A stretch of DNA of 64,000 nucleotides from Carpediemonas membranifera BICM (GCA_019828565.1 JAHDYR010000028.1:124001-188000), one strand, 5' to 3'. Counted from the stretch's first letter, positions 18,465 through 29,402 are shown. The notes: generated by a model not told the origin, from the sequence alone. A program made the numbers and translations.

Positions 18465-21415
18465 TCATCCGTCCGTAGACGAATGTTGGCGGTTAGCCAA
18501 TTGATGATACTGGAATGATGTTGGAAGGCGCGGGATCAATGTGCGACTGAACGGAGAGCCACTGAGCTCATCTTCCGTGGCAAGAGAACGCCACAGGATG
18601 TTTTCTGCAGCACTCTTGTCCCGATGATCAACATTCAGAGCATCAGGAACTGTTGCGCGCCACTGAGCACCACGGCACTGTGGTTTTTCGCAGAGCATCA
18701 CACGATGTGGGTGAACGTGCTGGTCATCACGCGGACGAACTCGCTTGTAGGGGGCGTGGCAGTGAGGGCAGACGACGGTGGTGCGGTCCTCGTTAACCAT
18801 GTTAAGATCGACGACAATGTTATACCCCTTGAGAAGGGGAACTATCTCTCTCGCGAACTTTCGATATGGCGCGCAAGGAATGAACATACCAGCAGGCGTG
18901 GTGAATCCCGAGCTCCCGTAGAAGACTTTCAGGCGAATGTGGGTGGCGATGGGATGGTGGCGACGCCAACCGAACTCCCGAGCCAACTGTTGGCCGCAGC
19001 GGGCGAAGTGCTTCTGGCGAAGGATGTGGTTCGCAAAGCGCACTCGGCGGAAAGACTTACGCATTCCAGCCTCGAAAATGTCGTTCGCGTTGTCCAGCAC
19101 AAACCTAATAGAGTTGTTGATACTCACTAGTCTTGTGCTCTTGAACGACGCGGCCGTCATATCAAAGCCGAAACTTGGCGTCTTAGTGTATCCGCACTTT
19201 GGAAGGACGCCGGAGCTGGTGGTGCCATCGGGGTGCCTGATGTAATATCCTCCGATGGACCTCGCGCCCGGGTCGAACCCCATGAGGTGGGAATCAGGAT
19301 CCGGCGCGGGCGGAGCATCGGCATTATTGGTCCCGAGTCGGGGGCGCTCTTTCTCCCGCCATTTCGCTCGCTTTCGAACAGGCATGCTCGCATCATGTTG
19401 TGGCCGATAGCGGCCGCCTCGCTTAACCGTCACCGCCACACAGACCCCATCGGTGCTCAGGCTGAGCAGACGGCGGGTGGCGTGTGGGAGTGTGGGATTA
19501 ATTCCCACACGATGGCAGAAATTATCATTCAGTAGGCCCATCGTTTCACCGTAGGCCATGAAGCCCGGTCGGACGGGGGCCATGGGCACGATCGGCACGA
19601 GGCGAGGCTGGCGGAGCGACATCGAGTACTCCCCGTTGAAGTGGCTGATGAGGCCACTCAACGTCTCCACTCCGTCAGCAATTGCCCAGACGCAAGAGAG
19701 AATGCGTGGGGCAGCCTGAGAGACTGGGAGCCCGTCGTTCTCACCCATGTGAGTCGCCCAGAACAGCGAGGGGAGACACGCGAGGATCTCAGGGTTGACC
19801 ATGTTGAGGATGGCGTGAACGCCGGCCAACTCCTGCTGGAAGAAGGCCGGAGAACCAACACCTGCGAGGGCCTCTTCGAGTCGGGCGAGGGTGCTCTGTA
19901 GCCTGTCACGGTACGTCGTCACCGTGCGGGCGAGCCACAGCTTCACAGAGTTGGCGTATCGGGTGAACCACTTCCGGAGACTGGGACTCACTCCATGCGA
20001 CTCCGCACGACCTTCGAGCTGCGCGACCAGATCCCGCGTGGTAGTCTCCCGCCACATCGGCAGAGTGTCGAGCGCCTGCACGATGGCCGCGTAGGCCTGA
20101 CCCGGATGACCGCCGCGTACATGAGTGAGCAGTCCGTTGTGGAAGTCGGCGTCATGTAGGGGGAGTTGCCGGCGCTGCGCATAGCATTCAACCGCGAGCC
20201 GGGCCAGCAGGCATGAGTAGAGATATTTTGCTGCGGCGTAATCCCCACTCTCCGTTCTTCGGTGTAGTTCTGTCTGAAAGCTTGGTTGATGGAGGCTTTG
20301 ATCGTATATATCTCCATCTTGTTGCGCACTACAGGTGTGCAGCTGGTCATTGATGAAGATGACATATAAGAGCCGACGATGAACACCATTACCAGCATAT
20401 ACAAGTGTAGAAGTGAATTTAATGTGGAATAGAAGACAATGAGACGACGTGTGAGCGATTGTGATGTTTGCAGCTGTGCTGACGTCCACGAAGAAGACGC
20501 TTTGTGAAAGCCCTGGAGAATACGATCTCCCTACCGACTTAAGACGTGAGTAGGAGTGAGACAGGGCAGTGTTGCGCAGTATAAACCCATTGTTGGACCC
20601 TTCAATAGCACAGACCCGAAGACCTTAAAATGCGGCTACAAAATAGGGGCAAAATCACAGTTTGGAGTCGTCAAATGTCGTCAGATCAAGTCAGGTCAGA
20701 ATCTTCTCGAAGTCGTGTTGTTTAATTAGGTCCGGCCCGGTTCCTATCGCCGCCAGCCTGAAGTGGACGGTAATCCCCCAGCAACGATTGCGGAAGGCGT
20801 GTTGCCTCTCACCGAGGCGCAGCCCCCGCCTAGAGACCGGACGCCGTAGGCACGGCGCCCGCTGCCGCCCTGCGGTGAACCAGTAGCGGCCTAAACCAGG
20901 TCTTGGCTTCGATTTCGGCGGTGCAGTGGCTCGACGTCGTCCGCCACGAAGTGTCAGAGTGTTGTCCCTAGTCCGACGCCTCTCGTGCCCTGCTCCCAGT
21001 CATCACCAGCAGGCCCTCCCGCTGCCGTCGTCCCGTCCGTCTCGGCGCTTCGTGCGATCGACATGAAAGATCACGGTGCCCCGACCTGGCTTGGCTCAGC
21101 AAGGAAACCCGGACCCAGCCAGCCCCATTTTGCTACGTCCACAAGGACTTGTCCCACTGCAACTCCGAGTGCTGCACGCAGCATCTCGAGCTGCTGGCTT
21201 CTTACCGTCTGACATGGGGATGATGTGCCGGCACCTAGTATTCTACTGCAGACCACGCGCGTTTACAACAGCTCGGCGTCCATTGCAATGGAGAGCCGCT
21301 CCCCCAAACCCGCCCGGGTGTCCGCGTCGGCCACCTGGCACCGCTGCAGCACCGTCATCAGTGTGCTCTCGATCGTGGGGAACGCCTTCGACCCTGAGAA
21401 CCGGGGGCAGGGCTT
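18390..21415 (-). repeat. copy 2 of the inverted duplication (includes the TAF6 3' end)
   Basis: Reverse complement of 9709-12740. Confidence 0.97.
18465..20317 (-). CDS. Fanzor1-type RNA-guided endonuclease (TnpB/Cas12 superfamily); open frame 18465-20489, likely true ATG at 20317 joined across a G4 run
   Basis: STDGVCVAV; RuvC-I GFDPGARS; VFYGSSGF; VNEDRTT + CPHC...C-x4-C zinc finger; RuvC-III HRDKSAAENI. Confidence 0.88.
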
Positions 21416-22604
21416 GAGCTTGCCCTTGTCCAGCAGGTCCGGCAGCAGTGGTACTAGGTCCGCATTGACGCTGCTCTCGCCAAACCGACCCACGACGAGC
21501 AGGGCACCGTAGAACCCGTCCCTCGGCCCGGCGAGCAGGGCCTCTCTGACGAATTCAAAGGCGGACTCCTGCATCTTCGGGTACTTCCCGCCGTACTGGA
21601 AGAGCACCTCCGCCAGCATCTTGGCGGCCTCCTCCCTGACGTCTCGGCCGGTGATGTCCTCGGGATCGTACGGCCCCAGCGTCTCGGTGACAACCATCGT
21701 GACCAGTGCGGGCAGCACCTCCTGCAGGCTCGACTCCAGTGGGGGCCGTAGCGATGAGTTGGCCCAGACGGCCGCGAGGAGGCTACAGGCAGCCCTAATG
21801 GGGAACAGGTCGTCCGCGAGATTCTTCATGATCGTCGCCAGGGCCTCTCTGACGATGAACGGGACGCTGTCCGACACGCGGTGCGTCCTCAACTCCGCAC
21901 AGAGCTTGGGCAGCGCCGCCTCGACCTCAGCCCGCTTGGACTCGTCCGCAAGAGGCTTGAGCGCGTCCTTCACGCGATGCAGGAACTCCTGGGACACCTG
22001 CGGCATGACCCGCGCCCTGTGGAGGATGTACGACAGCCCGTGCTCGGCGTCCGTCAGCGCCCCCCGGGCTCCCTGGGTCACGGGCGGGTTCGCGTCAAAG
22101 TCCTCGGGCAGGATGGTCTCGACAATGTCGTTCTGTGCCCGCTCTAGGGCCTCGACGGAGACGTTCTCGTTCGTGGCGGGCATCTTTCCCGTCACCGCGA
22201 GCCAGTGGACTGATAGAGATGGCTCCGCAGGACGCCGCGGGTCTGAATTGAGCAGCTCGTTGATGTTGACGACGTCGTCTGCCACACAGTACGTATCCCC
22301 GTTCCCGATCGTGCGGTAGCGGGACGAGCGGGATGATGGTCCCAACACAACGTTCATATTGCGGGTCTTCAAAGCTTCGTTCACATCGTCAGCAGTTAGC
22401 TTGTTGTCTGGTGACTGGTACGCAAAGCGCCGTGCAAGCTGCGTGAATAGGCGCAGAGATACAAACAGAAAGGACATTCGCCAGCCGGAACTGAAGCTCG
22501 TCTGCCATAATGGACGCGACAGCGTCGTCTAGCTCTGTAGGAATAAACTCAGACGCAACATTTTGAGCTAGCGCCGTGAGCGCGACGCTCCGGTGAGAGG
22601 ACAT
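21263..22604 (-). CDS. TAF6: TFIID subunit 6 (intron ~22442-22470)
   Basis: Histone-fold start (LDDAVASIMADELQFRL...LTADDVNEAL), SVHWLAVTGKMP, HEAT-like C-terminus. Confidence 0.88.
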
Positions 22605-23029
22605 AGCAATCGTGGTGCACTTTATGTCAAGTCGCTTTTCCGCCTCTGGAACCTGTTGTCCCTGCATATGTGACTGGTATTGACCCGGCTCCCCGGCGAC
22701 ACCGCGATCGAGTGGTATTTCCGGGGTTTTCCAGACACGGATCAGCGCGGTTATGACCGGTCTTGGGTCACCCTGTCATGGTGGAGTCGGTCACAGTCAG
22801 CACGACTTGGGGAGGGAGACGTGACACAATCGAGGTCAGAGAGCATCGCTAGAGTGTGGCAACAACAACACCAGAGCCCAAGACCCAGCTTCGGTCCCCG
22901 GCCCAGGTCACATCCGCCACCTGAAAGAACATGGGAAGAAGGGAAGAGAATCCATCCTGTCGGTGCTGTCACAGTTTGAAAAAATATCAAAAACAAAACT
23001 ATAAAGCTTTATACACAGCCGTAAATGCT

Positions 23030-23632
23030 CTAATCGAGCCTGTTGACAACAACCTTAGCTTCCCTCACCACCCGCTTCTCGCCGCCGACCTCCATCTCAT
23101 ATCCTTCAGCAACAACAGCGAGCACCTCGCCGTCCTTCTTGCTGGGGTCCTTGATGATGGACAGTGCATGCTGTGTGCTGGGGTCGAACAGGCTGCCCAG
23201 GCTCTCCACCCGCCGAACACCCAGCCTCTCCAAGGCCGCCTTCATTTGACGTTGGGTGGTTCCAACGCCGTCCGCAAAAATTTTGGCGGTCTTAGCAGGG
23301 ACCTTCTTGCCCTTGGCGATCTGCGGGGGGATGGATTCGAAGGCACGGTCGAGATTGTCGGCCACCTCGAGCATGTTCTTCAGCACCTTGATGGCGCCTT
23401 CCTGCTTGGCCTCAGCAAGCGCTTCCCGGTTCCTTTGGGCGGCGTTGCGCTGGTCGGCAATGGATCTGAGCAGCTGGTTCTTCGTATCAGCGAGTTCTTG
23501 CTGGCAAGCAGCGAGCTCGTCAGAGATGCTCGCTGAAGTTTCCTCTACAGTCGAATCGAAGCGAGGAAACTGGATCCCACTGAAAATAGAGCTCTGCAGG
23601 GCAGGACGGAGTGAAACAAAGGTGCTCAGCAT
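23030..23632 (-). CDS. MGE1: GrpE/Mge1 nucleotide exchange factor with organellar presequence
   Basis: LEVADNLDRA, FDPSTQHAL, GYE...RVVREAKVVV; N-terminus MLSTFVSLRPA. Confidence 0.9.
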   Translation of the reverse strand: MLSTFVSLRPALQSSIFSGIQFPRFDSTVEETSASISDELAACQQELADTKNQLLRSIADQRNAAQRNREALAEAKQEGAIKVLKNMLEVADNLDRAFESIPPQIAKGKKVPAKTAKIFADGVGTTQRQMKAALERLGVRRVESLGSLFDPSTQHALSIIKDPSKKDGEVLAVVAEGYEMEVGGEKRVVREAKVVVNRLD

Positions 23633-23768
23633 CTGTTGGGTCCCTCGAAAATGAAGTCGTCAACGATGCCGCCCGACTCATGCCAGTCAACAACAGCCCA
23701 GCATGGCGAGCGCATTGGGAGCCTTTACCTTACTAACATAATAACATAAACATCACATCACATCCCCC

Positions 23769-24374
23769 TCACTCGTACATCTCGCCCGGCCCCGAGGCAA
23801 CGGTCACCGGGGCATTACTCGCAGCCAGCTGCCGCCTGAGCTCCACGATCTCGTCCAGCCTGGCCTTCGCAACGTTGTCCAGCTCCGCCACCATGTCCGT
23901 CTGATCGTTGTACAGCCCTAGGATCCGGGTCGCCTTGGCCTGGGCTGTGTCTCTTGCCGTCAGGGCGGCAGCGAGCTCTGAAGCTGGGACGAGTTGGTCG
24001 CTTGGGAGTGCCGAGAAGTCAATGGGCGGCTCGGGCTCGGGATCGGTCTGTATTGCGCAGTGGACGCAGGGTGCGGATAGGAGTGTCTGTAGTTTGGCCC
24101 TCTCGTCCTGCAGATACTCCACTTCCTGTGCTGCTATGCGTACTTGTGATGTAAGCTTTGCTCTCAGCTCTTCAACTTCACTCCTGAGCGTTGAATTTTG
24201 GTGAACCAACGCCTCGTTCTTGGTTTCAAGATCTCTGAAGTTAAACAGACGTTCAATTGTCAAATCCGGGTCCAAACCGATAGTCTTTCCACGGAACTCT
24301 CCTTCTGTATAGCCACAATAGCTTCCTTCGTCCATGCGAGCTGCCGCAGCGCGTTTTTTGGACCTATCCTGCAC
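23769..24374 (-). CDS. hypothetical coiled-coil protein
   Basis: Heptad-rich ORF; start uncertain. Confidence 0.55.
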   Translation of the reverse strand: MQDRSKKRAAAARMDEGSYCGYTEGEFRGKTIGLDPDLTIERLFNFRDLETKNEALVHQNSTLRSEVEELRAKLTSQVRIAAQEVEYLQDERAKLQTLLSAPCVHCAIQTDPEPEPPIDFSALPSDQLVPASELAAALTARDTAQAKATRILGLYNDQTDMVAELDNVAKARLDEIVELRRQLAASNAPVTVASGPGEMYE

Positions 24375-24563
24375 AACGAAAATCTCGAGATTGAGTCGAT
24401 ATACGATCAGTAAACCTTAGCCATAGCTTTAAATGATGCTAATATACTCATTCCGCGCCCTCCTTCTGGCTGCCACACCCTGGCTTTTGACCAGCATGCT
24501 CCATCCTCGTATTATTCATAAATGCGTCATCAGCGCAGTAAGTCCACACCAATGCATTTCTGC

Positions 24564-25970
24564 TCAGAGCAACCCGACCAACACCCGGATCAGCGTGTAC
24601 AACAGCCCCAACACCGCCACGACGGCGACTGTCACCAGTGCTAGTGTGACCAAGAACGACGTCCGAACGGGCAGAGAGCCGTCTCTCACGATCAACTCCA
24701 TCTGGTCAAGCTGCCGCTGGATCTGCCCCAGGTGGGCCATGATTCCCTCGAGCGAGGGCTCTGTCTTCGACATTCGCACAGTCGGCCCCAGGAGCGCGTC
24801 CTCGCCGCCATCACCCCGCATCATCCGGAGACTGCTACCAGCTGGAAGCATGGGATCAGTCTGCCCGGCTACACCATCCTTGGCAATCCGGGAGAAGACA
24901 TGGCTGGCCCGACGTGGTCCAGGGGGGCTCCGGCCCGGCGTGGCGGGGCTGACGTGGAGGCTGGCCAGCCTCAGGCGGGGGTCGACCACGGGTGACGTGC
25001 CGTAAGCGTTGGACCCCTCAGCCTCGCTCAGCACGCTGTGGATGCGGTTGACGAGGATGGAGGAGTCGTCCAGCCGCATCAGCTCGCGGTTGACTGCGGC
25101 GACCACGCCCTTTTGTAAATCCAACAGGGCCGACCGCTGCTGCTCAAACAGCTCGTTCTGGGCCTCCAGTCTGGCCACATCCCCCGTCGCCGAGTCGACC
25201 TTCTCACTCAGCTCCCTCACCGCGGTCAGGGCGTCGAGCTGCCGTCGGAGCGTCTCCATGTCCCGCCTCGAAGCTTCCAGCGCCTGCCTCAGAGCCTCGT
25301 TCTCCTCTATAGCGGCGGTCTGGGCATCTCTAGTCTGGTCCAGCTCGGCCGTCACGGAGCTGAGGGTGCGGGACAGGCCGTCGAGCTTCGTCTTATACCC
25401 TGCCGCTTGGCCATTGTTCACCTCCATGGTGTCCAAGGCGTCGGCCAGGGCGTCTCTGTCCTCTCGAAGCTCTGTCACCTCCTTGTAGAGCGCGGACATC
25501 CTGTCTGATAGAGCTGCGGATCTTGACGCCATTGAGGGCCTTCGGGACTGGCCAATGGTCGAAAGAGCCGGGGTGGCGCTTGTTATGCGCTCGCGATCAG
25601 GCGAGAGTGCCGCCTCCGAGATAACGCCGGGGTCGTCCTCGTCGCCGGCAGGTCCCATGTCTCGGAAGATCGAGAACACGGCGTAGATGTCGATGGAGGC
25701 CTCATTGTCGGGGAACAGGCGGCTAATTACGCGGCTGCGATCCGATTCGGAAAGGATAGTTTCGAGGAACAGCTCTAGCTTCTGCCTTTGAATCCGGCCG
25801 TCCTCGTCGGTGACATATGCTAGTTCTTCGGCAAACTCTTGGAAGTCCGGATCATGTGCTCCGCCTGCATCTCCTAGTTCTGCTCTTGTCATGTGAACGC
25901 TCTCCATTGCTGATGACGGTGCGTGCTTTCCTGACAGCATGGTATCCAAAGTTCGCGGGGTCTGTAGCAT
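24564..25970 (-). CDS. coiled-coil, tail-anchored membrane protein
   Basis: Long coiled coil and a C-terminal TM helix. Confidence 0.7.
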   Translation of the reverse strand: MLQTPRTLDTMLSGKHAPSSAMESVHMTRAELGDAGGAHDPDFQEFAEELAYVTDEDGRIQRQKLELFLETILSESDRSRVISRLFPDNEASIDIYAVFSIFRDMGPAGDEDDPGVISEAALSPDRERITSATPALSTIGQSRRPSMASRSAALSDRMSALYKEVTELREDRDALADALDTMEVNNGQAAGYKTKLDGLSRTLSSVTAELDQTRDAQTAAIEENEALRQALEASRRDMETLRRQLDALTAVRELSEKVDSATGDVARLEAQNELFEQQRSALLDLQKGVVAAVNRELMRLDDSSILVNRIHSVLSEAEGSNAYGTSPVVDPRLRLASLHVSPATPGRSPPGPRRASHVFSRIAKDGVAGQTDPMLPAGSSLRMMRGDGGEDALLGPTVRMSKTEPSLEGIMAHLGQIQRQLDQMELIVRDGSLPVRTSFLVTLALVTVAVVAVLGLLYTLIRVLVGLL

Positions 25971-26104
25971 CTACAGCCGTGTCATGTTGTATCTACTACA
26001 CTGCCGCCAACACATAGCACGCTGGCTTCATATCAGCACATCATCCTGGACACGGGCAGCAGGACCTCCCCAAGCCCTGAAACCCTCTCACCTTTATAGC
26101 AACA

Positions 26105-27757
26105 TTACTCGTCCTTCTTCTCGGCCTCGACCTTGGCAGGCAGTGGCGGCACTACCATGGTAAACAGCATCCCCCCAACGAAGATGATGGCCGATGCAAA
26201 CCGGGTAAACTTCAGATATGCGACACAACGCTCCCATGTGAGGTAGTAGAACAGCGGCATCTGTAGGTAAATGAAGCTCATAGTCGCGACAGCGGTAATT
26301 ACATGATACACGTAAATCAGCCGGCCTCTGGTAGCAAAGAACGGCCGGAAGACCGCGCTCATCCGCCGGGCGAGGTTGGTGAAGAGGGCGGACGACAGGA
26401 AGAAGATGTAGAAGCCCGGCTCCCATCCATGCCATATGGCGCTCGTGGCGAAGGTCGCAATCGTCGCGATCATCTTCACATGCTTCCCAAAACGCCGTTT
26501 GATCATTTCATTTCTTCTCACGCCGGAATAGACGTAGGATGCGAGGAAGAAGCCGATGCCGGCATTCCAGTGGGTGGTCATCATCGCCATGCTCGGCGGG
26601 AACTGGGTAAGCAGCCACGTGTAGTTGGCCCCCTGTCTGAACTCGAACTTGGACCATACCCTGGCCATGGTGTGCCGCCGCCCGCTGTACGTCAGCCCGC
26701 TCATCGTCGAGGCGCCGTGGGCCAGGCCCCAGACAGAGTAGTACTTGGCTTTGATGAGTTCAATCGGGATGATGTGGTAGCGGACGATTCGCCAGAGCAG
26801 TGGTGTGGCAAGGTATGTCGCGTGTTGGGCATGGTAGGGGAGCATCGGGTCGGGCGGGAAGAAGGAGAAGAGCACCCAGAAGGCCATAAGACACACTCCC
26901 CAGATCATGTAAATGAGGCCCCAAGCGATCGACTCGAGGCGGAGTCTGATTCGGTCCTTCTTGGTCAAGCCCTCGAAAGAGCGGCCCGACGCGAAGGATG
27001 CGTATTCTGCGAATGTGAAGAAGGGCCCGACGATAACAGACCCGTAAAACATGCTGTAGCCCAGGAAGGCAATGAGCGACGGACACTTGGCCAGCGGGGC
27101 CTTGATGCGGCCATACGGCCCGACCGGTCTTGGCTTGACAGCGAGCTCATCGGCCGTCATGTCCGCCCCCCGGGCAACGTCGAAGGCGAGGGAGGAGAGA
27201 CGGAGGGCGAGGATCATGGGGGTTCCCGTGAAGTGGAGGTTGTCGATGGAATGGGGGTGGTAGAGGCGTCGAGCCTGCTCCCAGGACTGGTAGGCGAAGG
27301 TGAGGACGAAGATCAGCCAGCTCATGCCGGTCGGGGTCAGACCCAGGCGGCGGGGGTTGAGACGGAGCAGCAGGTAGACGATGCAGATCATGAGCCATAC
27401 GTTCAGGACGAGGGGACCGTAGGCAAAGGCTGTCAGGGCGGCGCCGACGGTAACATTGTACAGATGATGAACGGTAGGCCTCTTATCCGGCAGGAATTGA
27501 TGAAAGAAGGCGAAAACGTATGCTAAAAGAAGCGATGCGAGCATACGGACGTCGTACGGCGTCACAGAGATGGACTCGGCGAAGTTTGCAAATAAATCGT
27601 TCAATGCGGAAGGCGAATAGCACCATTGATCCAACCAGTCCAAGTAGACGTGAAATGGGTTCATACTGAGCTGTATCATTGCTTGTAGCCAGCAGCAACC
27701 AGCTTTTTCACAATTTTGTCGGCGCAGCGGAAATGAGACTGTCGCAGATCTTGTCAA
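26105..27757 (-). CDS. MBOAT-family lysophospholipid acyltransferase (5' end probably intron-containing)
   Basis: GPFFTF, KYYSVW, HWN, SAIWHGWEPGFY. Confidence 0.92.
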   Translation of the reverse strand: MTRSATVSFPLRRQNCEKAGCCWLQAMIQLSMNPFHVYLDWLDQWCYSPSALNDLFANFAESISVTPYDVRMLASLLLAYVFAFFHQFLPDKRPTVHHLYNVTVGAALTAFAYGPLVLNVWLMICIVYLLLRLNPRRLGLTPTGMSWLIFVLTFAYQSWEQARRLYHPHSIDNLHFTGTPMILALRLSSLAFDVARGADMTADELAVKPRPVGPYGRIKAPLAKCPSLIAFLGYSMFYGSVIVGPFFTFAEYASFASGRSFEGLTKKDRIRLRLESIAWGLIYMIWGVCLMAFWVLFSFFPPDPMLPYHAQHATYLATPLLWRIVRYHIIPIELIKAKYYSVWGLAHGASTMSGLTYSGRRHTMARVWSKFEFRQGANYTWLLTQFPPSMAMMTTHWNAGIGFFLASYVYSGVRRNEMIKRRFGKHVKMIATIATFATSAIWHGWEPGFYIFFLSSALFTNLARRMSAVFRPFFATRGRLIYVYHVITAVATMSFIYLQMPLFYYLTWERCVAYLKFTRFASAIIFVGGMLFTMVVPPLPAKVEAEKKDE

Positions 27758-27940
27758 TATTGAGCTAGATTGTGTCTTTTTCCTGGATCCTGCCGACCGC
27801 TTCCTATTGAATTTTCTGGCAGACCCAAACCTAGGCAGAGTAGTCGTAGTAGAAGAGGATTAGAGTCTCAGTACAACTGTCCAGGGGGAGCAGATCAAAT
27901 TAGATGGTTGATGCTCTTTATAACACTTCAATACCATGCT

Positions 27941-29130
27941 TCATGACCGTATGATGTTGGCTCTGGTCCACGCTTCAATGGCCGCCACGACCCCGGGCTT
28001 GACGTTGAAGCGGGGGTCGGTCGGCCCGACGCTGTTGCTGGCATCGCCGTAGACCCGCGCCCCAGGCAGCATCTGGGCCATGGACAGGCCGCACAGGTCG
28101 TAGCAGGTGTGGTAGGCGTCCCGGCTGCAGTCGGGCTTGTCTAGGAGCCCGCCGCCGGGGCACTGGCAGGCGGCGAGGAGGTACCTCTGCAACGCCACCG
28201 GGTCGGTGATGGTGGAGTATCCGTGCCGGGCCAGCACGCCGCACGCCATGCCCAGCCAGGTCGAGTAGCAGCCGTCAACGACCTTGTTGGTGCGGCCGTT
28301 GAACCCGCCTTCCTCGGTCTGCCGATAGACCACCCACCGCTGTAGCCTGGCGACGTCCAGGCCACCGAGGTCGCCCTTGATCAGGTCCAGTGCTGCTAGA
28401 CCCAGGCCCGTGAAGGAGCCGTGGGCCTCGAGCCCGGGAGCGGCAGCAAGGCCGCCCTCGTACGTCTGGCAGGAGAGGATGAAGTCAACCACACCAGCTT
28501 CCAGCTCTGATGTCCAGATACCGGCGATCTTTCCGGATATGACCGCAGCGTAGACTGCCCGCATGTCAATCTCGCCATCAGGCTCCATGCGATACGACCC
28601 GTCCGGCATGTGGACCGAGGATAGATACGAGTATAGCCCAGGTCTGTCGATCAGGTCGAGCACCGGCACGCGGGTGTGAGGGGAGACGATGACGAGGGTC
28701 GTCAGGGCGCTGTACGTAGTGATCGTGTGTGCGCCACAGGAGAGGTGACCCTTGAATCCTCCGCCCGGGTGTTGCAGCGCCAGTATCGTCTTCGCGATGT
28801 CTGTGGCCGTATCTTCATCGAGGGCGTCCAGAGCGTCGAGGGCGCGGCTGATCCAAAAGAGGTTGAACGGCCGAGCCACTGAAAGGGAGATGAGGTACTC
28901 GGGCTGATCAGTGTACAGCATTCGCTTGAGGTACGCGATTGTGTCCGTTCTGTTGAGCTTGATACTGTGTGAAGGCTTATCGAAAGGCAAACGTCTGTTC
29001 AAGCTCCGGCGTGCCGATGAGAGGCCGAATAAAGCGCATTACGAGGTCATTGACCTGCGTTATCACGGATATGCTGGAATAAACAAACCCTCTTCGCCTC
29101 TATCGTCGTCGGTGTCGCCTCGCTCATCAT
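27941..29130 (-). CDS. FNTB: protein farnesyltransferase beta subunit (5' exon approximate)
   Basis: GEIDMRAVY, CQTYEGG, EAHG, GRTNKVVDGCYS, DKP...DAYHTCY. Confidence 0.9.
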
Positions 29131-29402
29131 TTGCCCTCATGCTGTCAGCAACAAGATCGTGAAGCACAAGGAGAAGGGGCCAGAGGACACGGTCACCATG
29201 GATTTGTACCACAAGATCGAGAGCCTCTTCCACCACTTTGCCTTTAGTGACCTACCTCGCCTTTAGTGACCTCCCCGCGGAGATCCAGCTCAAAGCCAGT
29301 CACCAACTCATCAAACCAATGCTTATCGGACTCATGAAGCTGATGGTGCCCCTGCTGGAGCGCCCTGTTCAATTGTGCAGGTTTAGCCAAAAAATTGGAA
29401 CA

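Larger units (their letters stand above)
18386..20640. mobile_element. Fanzor cassette bounded by related TGT..ACA units (18386-18464 and 20570-20640)
   Basis: Both units begin TGTTGCGCAGTATAAAC(A/C)CATTGTT on the + strand. PPT-like AGGAGTGAGACAGGGCAG directly precedes the second. The nuclease ORF lies antisense between them. Confidence 0.7.

Noticed and set aside
29240-29275. Tandem GCCTTTAGTGACCT x2
   Set aside because: A simple local duplication in an intergenic or promoter region, with no further copies seen.
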